In this document: one piece after another, positions 8,870 to 18,486 of the stretch | Layout: each line of letters opens with the position of its first letter | Position numbering within the stretch: position 1 is the first letter of the stretch | Assembly (NCBI GenBank): GCA_963744995.1 | Contig: CAVUWA010000002.1 | Coordinates: 288,001-352,000, forward strand | Direction of reading: 5' to 3' | Source of the DNA: Candidatus Eiseniibacteriota bacterium | Lineage (GTDB): Bacteria; Eisenbacteria; RBG-16-71-46 | DNA: 64,000 bases | Notes under the pieces: model-generated | Seen by the model: the letters and a program-made list of their open reading frames with translations, nothing else | Databases searched by the model: none | Told to the model about the DNA's origin: nothing | Position numbers and translations under genes: made by a program

Positions 8870-10120
8870 TTGATCGAACCGGCGGTTCTGACAGACACGC
8901 TGGTCCGGCTCGGCCGTTTCTCGGCGCCCGGGCCGGGCGTCACCCGCCTCGCCTACGACGACGCATGGTGCGACGCCCAGCGCTGGCTGGCCGAACAGGC
9001 GCGCGAGCTGGGCCTTGCCGCTACGCCGGACGCGGCGGGCAACCTGTTCTTCCACCCGCCGGAGCTCGCGCCCGGCAGTCGCGTCGTGCTCGTCGCCTCG
9101 CACCTCGACACCGTGCGCGAAGGCGGACTCTACGACGGCGCGTTCGGCGCCGTGTGCGGTCTGTTCGCTGCCGCCGACCTCGCCGGCAGTGGCGCGCTGC
9201 CGGTGGTCGGCATGGTGACCGCGGAGGAGGAGGGCAGCCGCTTCGCCGGCGACATGCTCGGCACCCGCGCTTTCCTCGGCCGCGTGGATCCCGCCGAGCT
9301 CGACGCGACCCGCGATGCGCAGGGCACGACCTGGCGCGCGGCGCTCGCCCATGCCGCGGCGCGCGGCTGCGCGGCCGCGCTCGCCATGGGCGCGCGACCG
9401 TGTCCGCCGCTGTTCGAGCCCGCGGCGATGATCGAGGCGCACATCGAGCAGGGGCCCGTGCTGGAAGCCGAACGTCTCGCGCTCGGCATCGTCGAGCAGG
9501 TGATCGGCTACCGGCGCGTGCGCGCGACCCTCACCGGCGCGGCGCGACACGCGGGCACGACACCGATGCGGCTCAGGAAGGATGCGCTCGCCGCGGCCGC
9601 GGAGATGATCCTCATCGTCGAGGACGCGGCGCGCGAGATGGGCGACCCGGCGGTGGCGACCACCGGAAACGCGCAGGTCCGCCCCGGCCTCTACAACGTC
9701 GTCCCGGGCGCCTGCGAGCTGTGGATCGAGATGCGCCACGTCGATGCCCGGCACCTCGCGGCGCTCCACGGCACGATCCTCGAGCGCTGCGGCGCGGCCG
9801 CCGCGCGGCGCGGCGTCGCCGCGAAGTTCGAAGGGATCGCGGGGCTCGATCCATGCCCGCTCTCGCCGCCGATGGTGCAGGAAGCCGAAGCGCTCGCCGG
9901 CGAACTCGGGGTTCCGCACCGGCGCATGGTGAGCGGCGCCGGTCACGACGCGATGGTGTTCGCCGCCGCCGGCGTCCCCACGGTCATGTTCTTCGTGCCG
10001 AGCGCGGGCGGCATCAGCCATGCGCCGGAAGAGCACACCGACGCGGCCGCGCTGTGGGCCGGCTACGCGTTCCTGCGCGAGTACGCGCGTCGCATGCGCC
10101 GCATCCCGGGGCCGGCGTGA
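8870..10120 (+). CDS. allC: M20 Zn-dependent amidohydrolase, hydantoinase/carbamoylase family; probable allantoate amidohydrolase
   Basis: SHLDTV..GG.YDG, EEEGSRF, EAHIEQGPVLE, HAGTTPM, SGAGHDA, GISHAPEE; between allB and uraD. Substrate is inferred from context. Confidence 0.8.
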   Translation: MIEPAVLTDTLVRLGRFSAPGPGVTRLAYDDAWCDAQRWLAEQARELGLAATPDAAGNLFFHPPELAPGSRVVLVASHLDTVREGGLYDGAFGAVCGLFAAADLAGSGALPVVGMVTAEEEGSRFAGDMLGTRAFLGRVDPAELDATRDAQGTTWRAALAHAAARGCAAALAMGARPCPPLFEPAAMIEAHIEQGPVLEAERLALGIVEQVIGYRRVRATLTGAARHAGTTPMRLRKDALAAAAEMILIVEDAAREMGDPAVATTGNAQVRPGLYNVVPGACELWIEMRHVDARHLAALHGTILERCGAAAARRGVAAKFEGIAGLDPCPLSPPMVQEAEALAGELGVPHRRMVSGAGHDAMVFAAAGVPTVMFFVPSAGGISHAPEEHTDAAALWAGYAFLREYARRMRRIPGPA

Positions 10121-10623
10121 CGCTCGCCGAGCTCAACGCGCTGCCTGCCGAGGAAGCGTGGCGCGCGCTCGAGCCCTGCTGCGGGGCGGGCGCATGGGTC
10201 GAAGCGATGGTGGCCGCGCGACCGTTCGCGGACGCCGCGGCGCTGCAGGCGGCGAGCGCCGCCGCATTCGCCGGGCTCGCGCGTCGCGACTGGCTCGAAG
10301 CGTTCGCGCACCATCCGAAGATCGGCGACGTGGCGTCGCTCCGTGAAAGATTCGCGGCGACGGCGGCATGGGCCGGCGAAGAGCAGCAGGGTGCGGCCGC
10401 GGCGGACGATGCGACGCTCGAAGCGCTCGCGCGCGGCAACGCCGACTACGAGGCGCGCTTCGGGCACATCTTCATCGTGTGCGCGACGGGCAGGACGGCT
10501 GCGGAGATGCTGGCGCTGCTGAACGCGCGCCTCGGCAACGATCCGGCCGCCGAGCTGCGCATCGCCGCGACCGAGCAGGCGAAGATCACCGCGCTGCGGC
10601 TGGCGAAGGCGGTGAGCGGATGA
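10117..10623 (+). CDS. uraD: OHCU decarboxylase
   Basis: EAFAHHPKIG, EEQ.G, GN..YEARFGHIFIVCATG, EQAKIT.LRL; GTGA overlap with the upstream gene. Confidence 0.93.
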   Translation: MTLAELNALPAEEAWRALEPCCGAGAWVEAMVAARPFADAAALQAASAAAFAGLARRDWLEAFAHHPKIGDVASLRERFAATAAWAGEEQQGAAAADDATLEALARGNADYEARFGHIFIVCATGRTAAEMLALLNARLGNDPAAELRIAATEQAKITALRLAKAVSG

Positions 10624-11064
10624 TCGAGGTGCGGCGCGCCTGGCCCGCGGACGGACCGGAGTGGGAACGTCTGCGGCAGGCGCTGTGGCCTGCACCGGAA
10701 GGCGAGCATCGTCGCGAGATCGAGACGTTCTTCCTCGGCGAACCGCGCGAACGACGCCGAGACGCTGCTGGCGTACGACGGGGACGCCGTGATGGGCTTC
10801 GTCGAGCTCACGATCCGCAACCGGGCCGAGGGCTGCGCGACGCAGCGCATCGCCTACCTCGAGGGCTGGTACGTCGAGCCCGAGGCGCGCCGCCGCGGGA
10901 TCGGCGCCGCACTGGTGCGCGCCGCCGAGGCGTGGGGGCGCGAGATGGGCTGCACCGAGTTCGCCTCCGATGCCGACCCCGGCAACGAAGCAGGCCTCGC
11001 CGCGCACCGCGCGCTCGGCTTCGCAGAGGTCGGGCGCGCGGTGTGTTTCGCGAAGGAGCTGTAG
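10620..11064 (+). pseudogene. AAC(6')-I-like GNAT acetyltransferase, frameshifted near 10745-10750
   Basis: The first frame gives MIEVRRA..W.RLRQALWP. A shifted frame continues NDAETLLAY..GFVELTIR..AEGC..AYLEGWYVEP..RRRGIG...GCTEFASD...HRALGF. The 445-nt span is not a multiple of 3. Confidence 0.8.
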
Positions 11065-11082
11065 CAGGGGGGAGGGACGATC

Positions 11083-12135
11083 ATGGCATCCGACGCGCCG
11101 GGCGACGGACCGGGTCCCGAAGAACTCGCGCCGGCGGACGGCGCAGGAGCGGCGTCTGCGACCGGCGCCGGTGATGATGGAGGTCACGCTCGACCACCGC
11201 GCAAACACGGCGCACTGCGGGCGACGGGTTTCCTGCTGGCGATGCTCGGGCTGAGCCTCATCGCCGTGCCGCTGCTGACGTGGCCGCTGGCGGATCTGAT
11301 GGCGCGCGCGCTCACCGTCGTCGGCATCCATACGCCTGGACCGTCCCGATCTTCGGTGTTGCAGTGGGCGCTCTCCTACGACGCGCTGCCGCAGACCTTC
11401 GTCGCCATGATCGTTCCCGCCGAATTGCTGCTCCTCGGCCTGGCGAGCGTCGGGGCCGTGTGGCTCGGCGGCGACTCGAACGACCGGCTGGGGCTGCTGC
11501 GGCCGCGCGGCGGTTCGAGGGTGATCGTGCTGGCGCTGGTGACTCAGCTCCTCGTGCTCTCCCTCGGGGCTTTACTACAGGTGCTGATCCTGTCTACCCA
11601 TGACCGGGCCTGGGTGCCCCCCGATCGTTTCACCTGGATGATGCGTCAGGCGTCGCTCCCGTGGTGGATCACCGTCGTCTGCGTCATGGCTGTTCTGCCG
11701 GGATTCTGCGAGGAGGTGTTCTATCGTGGCCTCATCCAGCGCAGACTGCTGCTCTCGTGGTCGCCATGGATGGCCATCGTGGTCATCGGGCTGATCTTCG
11801 CCGCGTCGCACCCGCCCCTCGGGCGCAGCATCGCGCTGCTGCCGGGGAGCCTCTGGATCGGCTACGTGGCGTGGCGCACGGATTCGACCCTGCCGGGCGT
11901 GATCCTGCACGCGTGCACGAACGCCGGAGTCCAGAGCCTGGCCCGGTTCGTTCATGTGGAGCCCCGGGCGCTCGAGGAGCCATCGCGCTGGACCATCGCT
12001 CTCTGGATCGCGGCCATCGCGTCGGTGTGTCTGGGACTCGCGCTCGTGCTGCACCGTTGGACCTCGCCTGCCGTCTCGCCCGCGTCGCCGGCGCGTCCTA
12101 CAATGCTGCCTGACCCGAACCCGGGAGGACCATGA
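11083..12135 (+). CDS. CPBP/Abi family intramembrane metalloprotease
   Basis: Multiple TM segments; EEVFYRG, FAASH and ILHACTN motifs. Confidence 0.85.
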   Translation: MASDAPGDGPGPEELAPADGAGAASATGAGDDGGHARPPRKHGALRATGFLLAMLGLSLIAVPLLTWPLADLMARALTVVGIHTPGPSRSSVLQWALSYDALPQTFVAMIVPAELLLLGLASVGAVWLGGDSNDRLGLLRPRGGSRVIVLALVTQLLVLSLGALLQVLILSTHDRAWVPPDRFTWMMRQASLPWWITVVCVMAVLPGFCEEVFYRGLIQRRLLLSWSPWMAIVVIGLIFAASHPPLGRSIALLPGSLWIGYVAWRTDSTLPGVILHACTNAGVQSLARFVHVEPRALEEPSRWTIALWIAAIASVCLGLALVLHRWTSPAVSPASPARPTMLPDPNPGGP

Positions 12136-12479
12136 GCGCCATCACCACCCACGTGCTCGACCTCGAGCTCGGCCGCCCCGCCGCGGGCGTCGCCGTGCGG
12201 CTCGAAGTGTTCGTGCCCGACCGCGACGTGTGGGTCGAGCTCGCGAAACGGACGACCGACGCCGACGGCCGCGTGAAGGACCTGCTGCAGCCAGGGGCGC
12301 CGCCCGATCAGGGGTGCCACCGCATCACGTTCGACACCGGCGCATATTTCCGGGCGCGCGACGCGAAGACGTTCTACCCGTCGGTCACGGTCGAGTTCGA
12401 GATCACCGACCCTGCTCAGCACCATCACGTGCCGCTGCTGCTCAGCCCGTTCGGGTATTCGACGTACCGGGGGAGCTGA
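12132..12479 (+). CDS. uraH: 5-hydroxyisourate hydrolase (transthyretin-like)
   Basis: ITTHVLD...G.PA.GV, TDADGR, HHHVPLLLSPFGYSTYRGS C-terminus; GGAGG SD. Confidence 0.96.
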   Translation: MSAITTHVLDLELGRPAAGVAVRLEVFVPDRDVWVELAKRTTDADGRVKDLLQPGAPPDQGCHRITFDTGAYFRARDAKTFYPSVTVEFEITDPAQHHHVPLLLSPFGYSTYRGS

Positions 12480-12547
12480 TGACGCGCAGCGGGGTGCAGG
12501 CCGTGCCGGGGACGCTGAAGGATGCCGCCGATGCCATGGTCGCCGCC

Positions 12548-13354
12548 ATGAAAGCGCCGGACGTTCTCGCCGCCGCCCTCCTCGCCCTCCTACTCCCCGC
12601 CGCCTGCGCCTCCGCGCCCGCCGGCCACTACGCGAACGTCAACGGCATCCGCATGTACTACGAGATCCACGGCTCGGGGCCGCCGCTGCTGCTGCTCCAC
12701 GGCGGGCTCGGCAACGGCATGCAGTTCGAGAAGCAGGTGCCGGCGTTCGAGAAGACGCACGAGGTGATCGTGCCCGACTGCCGCGCGCAGGGCCGCACCA
12801 CCGACGGCGACGTGCCGCTCACCTATCACCTGCTGGCCGAGGACGCGATCGCGCTGCTCGACACGCTGCACATTCGACGCGTGGATGTGATGGGCTGGAG
12901 CGACGGCGGCAACATGGGGCTCGACATGGCAATCCATCATCCGGACCGCGTCGGCCACCTGGTGACGTTCGGCGCGAATTTTGCGCCCGACGGCGTGAAC
13001 GCCCCGGACGTCGCATGGGCCGAGACCGCGACGGCCGAGAGTCTGGGCGCCGGCATGAAAGAAGCCTGGACGAAGCTCAACCCGCAGCCGGAACACTACG
13101 AAGTCGCGATGAACAGGATCCTCACCATGTGGCGCACCGAGCCGCACTTCACGCCCGCCGAGCTGCACTCGATCCGCGCGAAGACGCTGATCTGCGCGGG
13201 CGAGCACGACGTGGTGCGGCGCGAGCACACCGAGGCGCTCGCGCGCGCGATTCCCGGAGCGACGCTGTGGATCGTGCCGGGCGCCTCGCACGGCGCGATG
13301 CTGGAGCAGCCGGAGCTGGTGAACGCCAGAGTGCTGGAGTTCCTCGCGCACTGA
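12548..13354 (+). CDS. Exported alpha/beta hydrolase
   Basis: Signal/lipobox-like LLPAAC, LLHGG oxyanion, GWSDG nucleophile elbow, GEHD, SH. Alternative start at 12479. Confidence 0.88.
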   Translation: MKAPDVLAAALLALLLPAACASAPAGHYANVNGIRMYYEIHGSGPPLLLLHGGLGNGMQFEKQVPAFEKTHEVIVPDCRAQGRTTDGDVPLTYHLLAEDAIALLDTLHIRRVDVMGWSDGGNMGLDMAIHHPDRVGHLVTFGANFAPDGVNAPDVAWAETATAESLGAGMKEAWTKLNPQPEHYEVAMNRILTMWRTEPHFTPAELHSIRAKTLICAGEHDVVRREHTEALARAIPGATLWIVPGASHGAMLEQPELVNARVLEFLAH

Positions 13355-13369
13355 GCGCAGGTGCGGCCC

Positions 13370-14680
13370 CTACGGCAGATCCCCGACCCGCGGACACGGG
13401 AACGTCCGGTCGCCCAGCTTCCAGTCGAGACGTTCGAGCTTGCCGCCCGTGCCGCCCACCGCCTTCACGGTGCCGAAGTCGCGGAGCGAGAAGAACGTCG
13501 AATCCGACGTGGCGACCAGCGCCCAGCCGTTGACGTCGAGCCCCGTGGGCGTCGCGGTCACCGGGAGGCGCGGGTTGCCGACGATGTCGTAGAGGCCCTC
13601 GTAGGATTCGAGCACCACCGGGTCGACGTTCGCGGCGTGCGCGGGCGGCAGCAGGGGCGCCTCGGGGATACTGTCCCCGAGCAGCGCCCATACCGCGCCG
13701 CGCATCTGATCCACGGCGCCGCAATGCAGATTGCCGGCGAAGATCACCATGTCGCCGCTCGTGGTGTCGTAGTCGGCGAACGCACGGTAGCCGTTGGTGC
13801 TGCCGTTCCACTCCACCCGCGCGCCGTGCACGACGGACCGCCGCACGCTCTCGCCCAGCTCGCCGCTCACCGCGGCCCACAACAGGCGATGCAGGTCGCG
13901 CGGCGTGGAGAACACCGCGCCCGCACCGACCAGGAACGAGTAGTCCTGGTCCGGGGCCGCCTGCACGCCGCCCGCGACGGGCACGTAGCTCGCCGCCCGC
14001 GTCGCCGCGGGCGCTCCGGGGCCGGGGTGGAACGTGTGCTGCAGCCCGAGCGGCTCGACGATACGTTCGCGCAGCAGTTCGCCGTAGGGCTTCCCGCCCG
14101 CGAGTTCCAGCACCCGCGCGAGGACGGAGTAGCCCGCGGAGCTGTACGAGCTCCTCTCGCCCGGACGGAACATGAGCGGGGCCTTCTTCGCGAATTCGAC
14201 CATGTCGGACGCGGTGTGCGGCACGGTCTCGTCGGCATCCGTCGTTACGCGGTGCGGAATTCCGGCACGGTGCCTGAGCAGATGCCCGATGGTGATGCTG
14301 TCGCCGTGCGGAAAGTCCGGAATCCACTTCGACAGCGTGTCCCTGAGGCCGAGCTTCTCTTCTTCCATGAGCTGAATCGCGAGGATCACCGTCATCGGCT
14401 TGTTGATGGAGGCGATGCAGGAGGGGAGGTCGGGCGCGTTGGCGAGCCCCGCCTTTTCGTCCGCCATACCCCACGACCGCTCGAGGATCACCGAGTCGCC
14501 GTGCGCCACGAGCAGGTTGCCGGACAACAGGTCGTGCTCGACGAGTGGCCTCGCCCACGCGTCGAGCCTGGACCCGATCGAGGCGGGCGCCGCAACGGCG
14601 GCGGGGACGGTGAGGATCAGTGCGGTGAGCGCGGGCAGCAGCCGCGCCACGACACGGCGCAGGGCCTCGAAACGGGGCAT
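13370..14680 (-). CDS. Secreted serine hydrolase, beta-lactamase class C-like family
   Basis: Signal peptide, IASINK (SxxK), LLRHRAGI, PGERSSYSS.GY, GAGAVFST..DL; GAGGGAGG SD. Confidence 0.88.
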   Translation of the reverse strand: MPRFEALRRVVARLLPALTALILTVPAAVAAPASIGSRLDAWARPLVEHDLLSGNLLVAHGDSVILERSWGMADEKAGLANAPDLPSCIASINKPMTVILAIQLMEEEKLGLRDTLSKWIPDFPHGDSITIGHLLRHRAGIPHRVTTDADETVPHTASDMVEFAKKAPLMFRPGERSSYSSAGYSVLARVLELAGGKPYGELLRERIVEPLGLQHTFHPGPGAPAATRAASYVPVAGGVQAAPDQDYSFLVGAGAVFSTPRDLHRLLWAAVSGELGESVRRSVVHGARVEWNGSTNGYRAFADYDTTSGDMVIFAGNLHCGAVDQMRGAVWALLGDSIPEAPLLPPAHAANVDPVVLESYEGLYDIVGNPRLPVTATPTGLDVNGWALVATSDSTFFSLRDFGTVKAVGGTGGKLERLDWKLGDRTFPCPRVGDLP

Positions 14681-14963
14681 GGTGATCCTCCCTCGCGGTT
14701 CAGCCGGCGCGCAGGTGGGTGCACCCTGGCACGTGCTCCGGCGGATACACCCCTTGGACCCGCTCCGGCGGGGCAGGGTTGGAAACAGGCCCGCCGGGCC
14801 GCGTCGCGACAGGTCTGTTTCACCCCGGGACCCTGCTGCTCTAGAATCTATGCACACCATTTCCACGCGAACGTCGGGATACCAGCGGCCGGCACTGCCC
14901 GAGCGGCGGTCGGCGTATGTGCACCCCCGGCGCGCGGCACATCCTGAAAGGCTGACCCCGACC

Positions 14964-17171
14964 TTGAAACGACTTCCTGCACTGCTCACGGCCATCCTCC
15001 TCGCGATGGCCTTCGGTTTCAGCACGGCCCGCGCCGACGTGATCCTGTCGGAGCTTTGCGATCCTCAGTCCAACTATCCGACCGACCGCTTCATCGAGAT
15101 CTACAACAGCGGCCCCGGCGCCGTGGACCTCACCGGCTGGTCGGTCATCGCCGTCGCCAACGGCGTCGATGCGCTGACCTGGCCGCTGTCCGGCACCATC
15201 GCGGCCGGGCAGGCGAAGGTGTGCGGCTACACCGCGCCGGTGACCGGCTTCACGGTGGACTTCCAGGACGCGGCGTGGACCACGACCGTCGCGGGCCAGG
15301 GCTCCTACAACTGGAACGGCAAGGTCGGCGACGGCGCGAAGCTCAAGAACGACGTCGGCACGGTGATCGATCTCGTGCTCGCGACCGGCGACCTGTTCAA
15401 CGACCGCGACATGGTGCGCAACTCGGACGTTGGAGTGCCCAATCCTGCGTTCACGCTCTCGGAGTGGACGATCACGCCGGTGACGCTGGCGACCGACGGC
15501 AGCCCCGGCTCCCACAACGGCTCCGTGCCGGTGCCGGGGCCGAAGATCGCGGACATCATCACCGATCCGGCGATGCCCCAGGAGGCGGTGGGCACCCACG
15601 TGCAGGCGAGCGTGGTGGACACCAGCGGACCGATCGCCTCGGTCTCGTGCGCGTGGGGGACGACCAGCGGTTCGCTCGCCAACTCGATTCCGATGGAACT
15701 GCTCTCGGACTCCACCTATCGGACGATGACGCAGATCCCCGGGCAGCCGGCGGGCGCAACCATCTACTACAAGGTGCAGGCGGTGGGGGCGTTCTCGAAC
15801 AGCGCTTCATCGATCCTGAGCTTCACGATTCCGGGGGACGGCGGTAACGCACCGACGATCGTCGCGGTCGGCGAGATGAGCGATTCCACGCTGCTCGTGC
15901 AGTTCAGCGAGCCGGTGGAGAAGTCCAGCGCCGAGACCCCGTCGAACTACACGGTGGGCGCGCTGCCGGCCGTCGCCGCCATGCGTGACGCGGCGGACAG
16001 CGCCAACGTCCTGATCACCGTGCGCAACATCCCCGCGGGGCCCGAGACGCTCACGGTGAACGGCGTGGCCGACACGGCGGCCAACGTCGCCTACGGCATC
16101 ACTCACGTCTTCACCTACATCGACGTGAGCATCCCGCCCGGCTACTACGACGGCACCGCCGGGCTTACCGGCTCGGCGCTGCGGGTGGCGCTGCACGACA
16201 TCATCAGGAACCACACCGTCACGAGCTACTCGTACGCGCTCACCGCATTCGCGACCACCGACGTCAAGCCCAACGGCAAGATCTGGGACATGTATTCGGA
16301 CGTCCCGGGCGGCACGCCGCCCTACGAGTACAACGTCGGCCAGACGGGACAGGGCGGCAGCGAGGGGCTCGGCTACAACCGCGAGCACTCGTTCCCGCAG
16401 TCATGGTTCGGCGGCGCCTCGCCGATGTACTCGGACCTGTGGATCCTCTATCCGACCGATTCGTACGTGAACGGCGTTCGCGCCAACTATCCGTACGGCG
16501 AGGTCGGCGTTGCGACCTACACCTCGCTCAACGGCAGCAAGCTCGGGCCCAGCGTGAGCCCGGGCTACTCGGGTACGGTGTTCGAGCCCATCGACGGGTA
16601 CAAGGGCGACCTCGCGCGCGGCATGTTCTACATTGCGACGCGTTACCTGGGCGAGGACGCCGGCTGGCCCGGGAGCCCGTCGGCCTCCGGCTCGCAGTGG
16701 CTGCCGTGGGCCGCGGAGCAGTATCTGGCCTGGAGCAACGGCGATGCCGTGAGCTGGAAGGAACGCCTGCGCAACGGGGCGATCTACACGATTCAGCACA
16801 ACCGCAACCCGTTCGTGGACCATCCGGAGTTCGTCGCCGCGATCTACGACACCGCGGGCAGCGTCGGCGTCGAGCCCGGGCTGGCGGCGCGCACGGTCCG
16901 GCTGCGGCAGAACGCGCCGAACCCGTTCATGGCGAGCACGTCGATCCGCTTCGACATCGCGCGCCGGGTGCCGGTGTCGCTGCGGATCTACGACGTGACC
17001 GGCCGCCGGGTGCGGGTGCTCGTGGACGGCCGCGCGATGGAGCCCGGCAGTCACGCCGTGGAGTGGAACGGCCGCGACGACCGCGGCGCGTTGCTCAAGG
17101 CGGGGCTCTACCTCTGCCGCCTCGACGCGGGAACGGTCAGCGAGACGAAACGGATCGTCTTCACGCGGTGA
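14964..17171 (+). CDS. Secreted lamin-tail-domain / endonuclease I (Bsn/EndA-like) protein with C-terminal FlgD/T9SS-like domain
   Basis: Signal peptide (TTG start), ILSE..DRFIEIYN (LTD), GYY..T.GLTG..L, NREHSFPQSW, KGDLARGMFY, QHNRNPFVDHPE, QNAPNPF...IYDVTGRRV...GLY. Confidence 0.88.
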   Translation: MKRLPALLTAILLAMAFGFSTARADVILSELCDPQSNYPTDRFIEIYNSGPGAVDLTGWSVIAVANGVDALTWPLSGTIAAGQAKVCGYTAPVTGFTVDFQDAAWTTTVAGQGSYNWNGKVGDGAKLKNDVGTVIDLVLATGDLFNDRDMVRNSDVGVPNPAFTLSEWTITPVTLATDGSPGSHNGSVPVPGPKIADIITDPAMPQEAVGTHVQASVVDTSGPIASVSCAWGTTSGSLANSIPMELLSDSTYRTMTQIPGQPAGATIYYKVQAVGAFSNSASSILSFTIPGDGGNAPTIVAVGEMSDSTLLVQFSEPVEKSSAETPSNYTVGALPAVAAMRDAADSANVLITVRNIPAGPETLTVNGVADTAANVAYGITHVFTYIDVSIPPGYYDGTAGLTGSALRVALHDIIRNHTVTSYSYALTAFATTDVKPNGKIWDMYSDVPGGTPPYEYNVGQTGQGGSEGLGYNREHSFPQSWFGGASPMYSDLWILYPTDSYVNGVRANYPYGEVGVATYTSLNGSKLGPSVSPGYSGTVFEPIDGYKGDLARGMFYIATRYLGEDAGWPGSPSASGSQWLPWAAEQYLAWSNGDAVSWKERLRNGAIYTIQHNRNPFVDHPEFVAAIYDTAGSVGVEPGLAARTVRLRQNAPNPFMASTSIRFDIARRVPVSLRIYDVTGRRVRVLVDGRAMEPGSHAVEWNGRDDRGALLKAGLYLCRLDAGTVSETKRIVFTR

Positions 17172-17180
17172 GTGGACGGC

Positions 17181-17218
17181 GCGGCGATCCGGCGCCCGTC
17201 ATGGCGCCGGTTCGCCGC
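17181..17218. terminator. Hairpin between convergent genes, probable bidirectional terminator
   Basis: GCGGCGA-t-CCGGCGCC-cgtcat-GGCGCCGG-t-TCGCCGC: 15-bp stem with one mismatch. Confidence 0.6.
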
Positions 17219-17226
17219 TTCCTCAT

Positions 17227-18016
17227 CTACATCAGCCCGCGGATCCAGCCGCCGTCCACCGCGATCGACTGCCCGGTGACGTAGCCCGCGCGCTCGGACG
17301 CGAGGAATACGGCGAGCGCCGCCAGTTCGGCCGGGTCGCCGATCCGCCGCATCGGGATCTGGTCGTGCGCCCGCTGCCGCACGGTTTCGACGGGGATCCC
17401 TTCGCGCGCGGCCGTGTCCTCGTGCAGTTCGACGAGGCGCTCGGTGTTCATGAAGCCCGGCAGGATCGTGTTCACCGTGATGCCCTCGGCCGCGACCTCG
17501 TTGGCGAGCGTGCGCGCGAAGCCGGTCACCGCGGCGCGGATCGAAGTCGACAGCATCAGGCCGTCCATGGGCTGCTTCACCGTGAGCGACGTCACGTGGA
17601 TCACGCGACCCCAGCGCCGCGTGCGCATGCCGGGCAGCACGGCGCGGGTCATCTCCACCGCGCTCCGCAGCGTCAGCTCCACGGCTTTCTGCCAGGCGGC
17701 CCACTCGTGCGATTCGAACGGGCCCGGCGGCGGGCCGCCGGCGTTGGTGACGAGTACGTCCACACGCCCGAAGCGCTCGAGCGTCGAGCGCACGATCCGC
17801 TCGATCCCGTCCGTGCGGGAAACGTCGGCGGTGGCGGCGTGCACGCCGGCCGCGGTGCGCTTCGCGATGCTCTCGCGCCGATTCGAGTGCCGCCGCGCCG
17901 CGGGCGCAGATCGCGAGTGCGGCGCCCTCGTCGGCCAGGGCTTCGGCGATGGCGCGGCCGAGGCCCCTGCTGGCAGCCGCGACGAGGGCGACCTTTCCTT
18001 CGAGTCCGGTCCGCAC
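17227..18016 (-). pseudogene. SDR family oxidoreductase (FabG-like), frameshifted near 17870-17880
   Basis: MRTGLEGKVALVAAASRGLG...ESARE switches frame to SIAKRT...TNAGGPPPG...S..IR...GQSIAVDGG. The 790-nt span is not a multiple of 3; the break lies in a cgcg/agag run. Confidence 0.82.
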
Positions 18017-18019
18017 CGC

Positions 18020-18391
18020 TCAGCGCCTGAGGTAATCGTCGCTGCGCTCGAGCCAGTCCTGCCGGATCGGGCAGAAGACGTCGGCCACGACGGTGTCCTC
18101 GAGCGCCTCCGCGGCGTGCGGCAGGTGGGACGGCAGGACGAGGAGCTCGCCCGCGCGCACGTCCACCTGTTCGGCGCCGTCCGCACCGAGGCGGAAGCGC
18201 AGCACGCCCTTCAACACATGCGTGATCTGCTCGTTCTCGTGATCGTGACGGGGAACGACGCAACCGCGCGCGAGGAAGAACTGCGCCAGCGTGATCTGGC
18301 TGCCGTTCACGAAGCGGCGTTCGAGTTTGTCGTTGAGCCGCTCGCGCGGCATGTCGTCCCAGCGGACATGGGTTGCCTGAGTGGCGGGCAT
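18020..18391 (-). CDS. Cupin domain protein
   Basis: HDHENEQ...G...PSHLPH cupin motifs, DVFCPIRQDWL..DDYLR; AGGAGG SD. Confidence 0.88.
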   Translation of the reverse strand: MPATQATHVRWDDMPRERLNDKLERRFVNGSQITLAQFFLARGCVVPRHDHENEQITHVLKGVLRFRLGADGAEQVDVRAGELLVLPSHLPHAAEALEDTVVADVFCPIRQDWLERSDDYLRR

Positions 18392-18486
18392 GGGGATCCT
18401 CCTGAGGGCTGCGCCCGGGGTATGCCCGTCAGGATAGCCGGCGGCCTGCGGTGCTTCCAGCACGCCGACGCCGCAGAGGTGTCTCT

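Noticed and set aside
10620..12135. Integron gene cassettes (GNAT + CPBP)
   Set aside because: No attC-like sites or integrase. The genes overlap or closely abut their neighbours.
13370..14680. Functional beta-lactamase resistance gene
   Set aside because: The SxxK fold is shared with many esterases and peptidases. It has YSS and WNG instead of the YxN and KTG of AmpC, so no resistance claim is supported.
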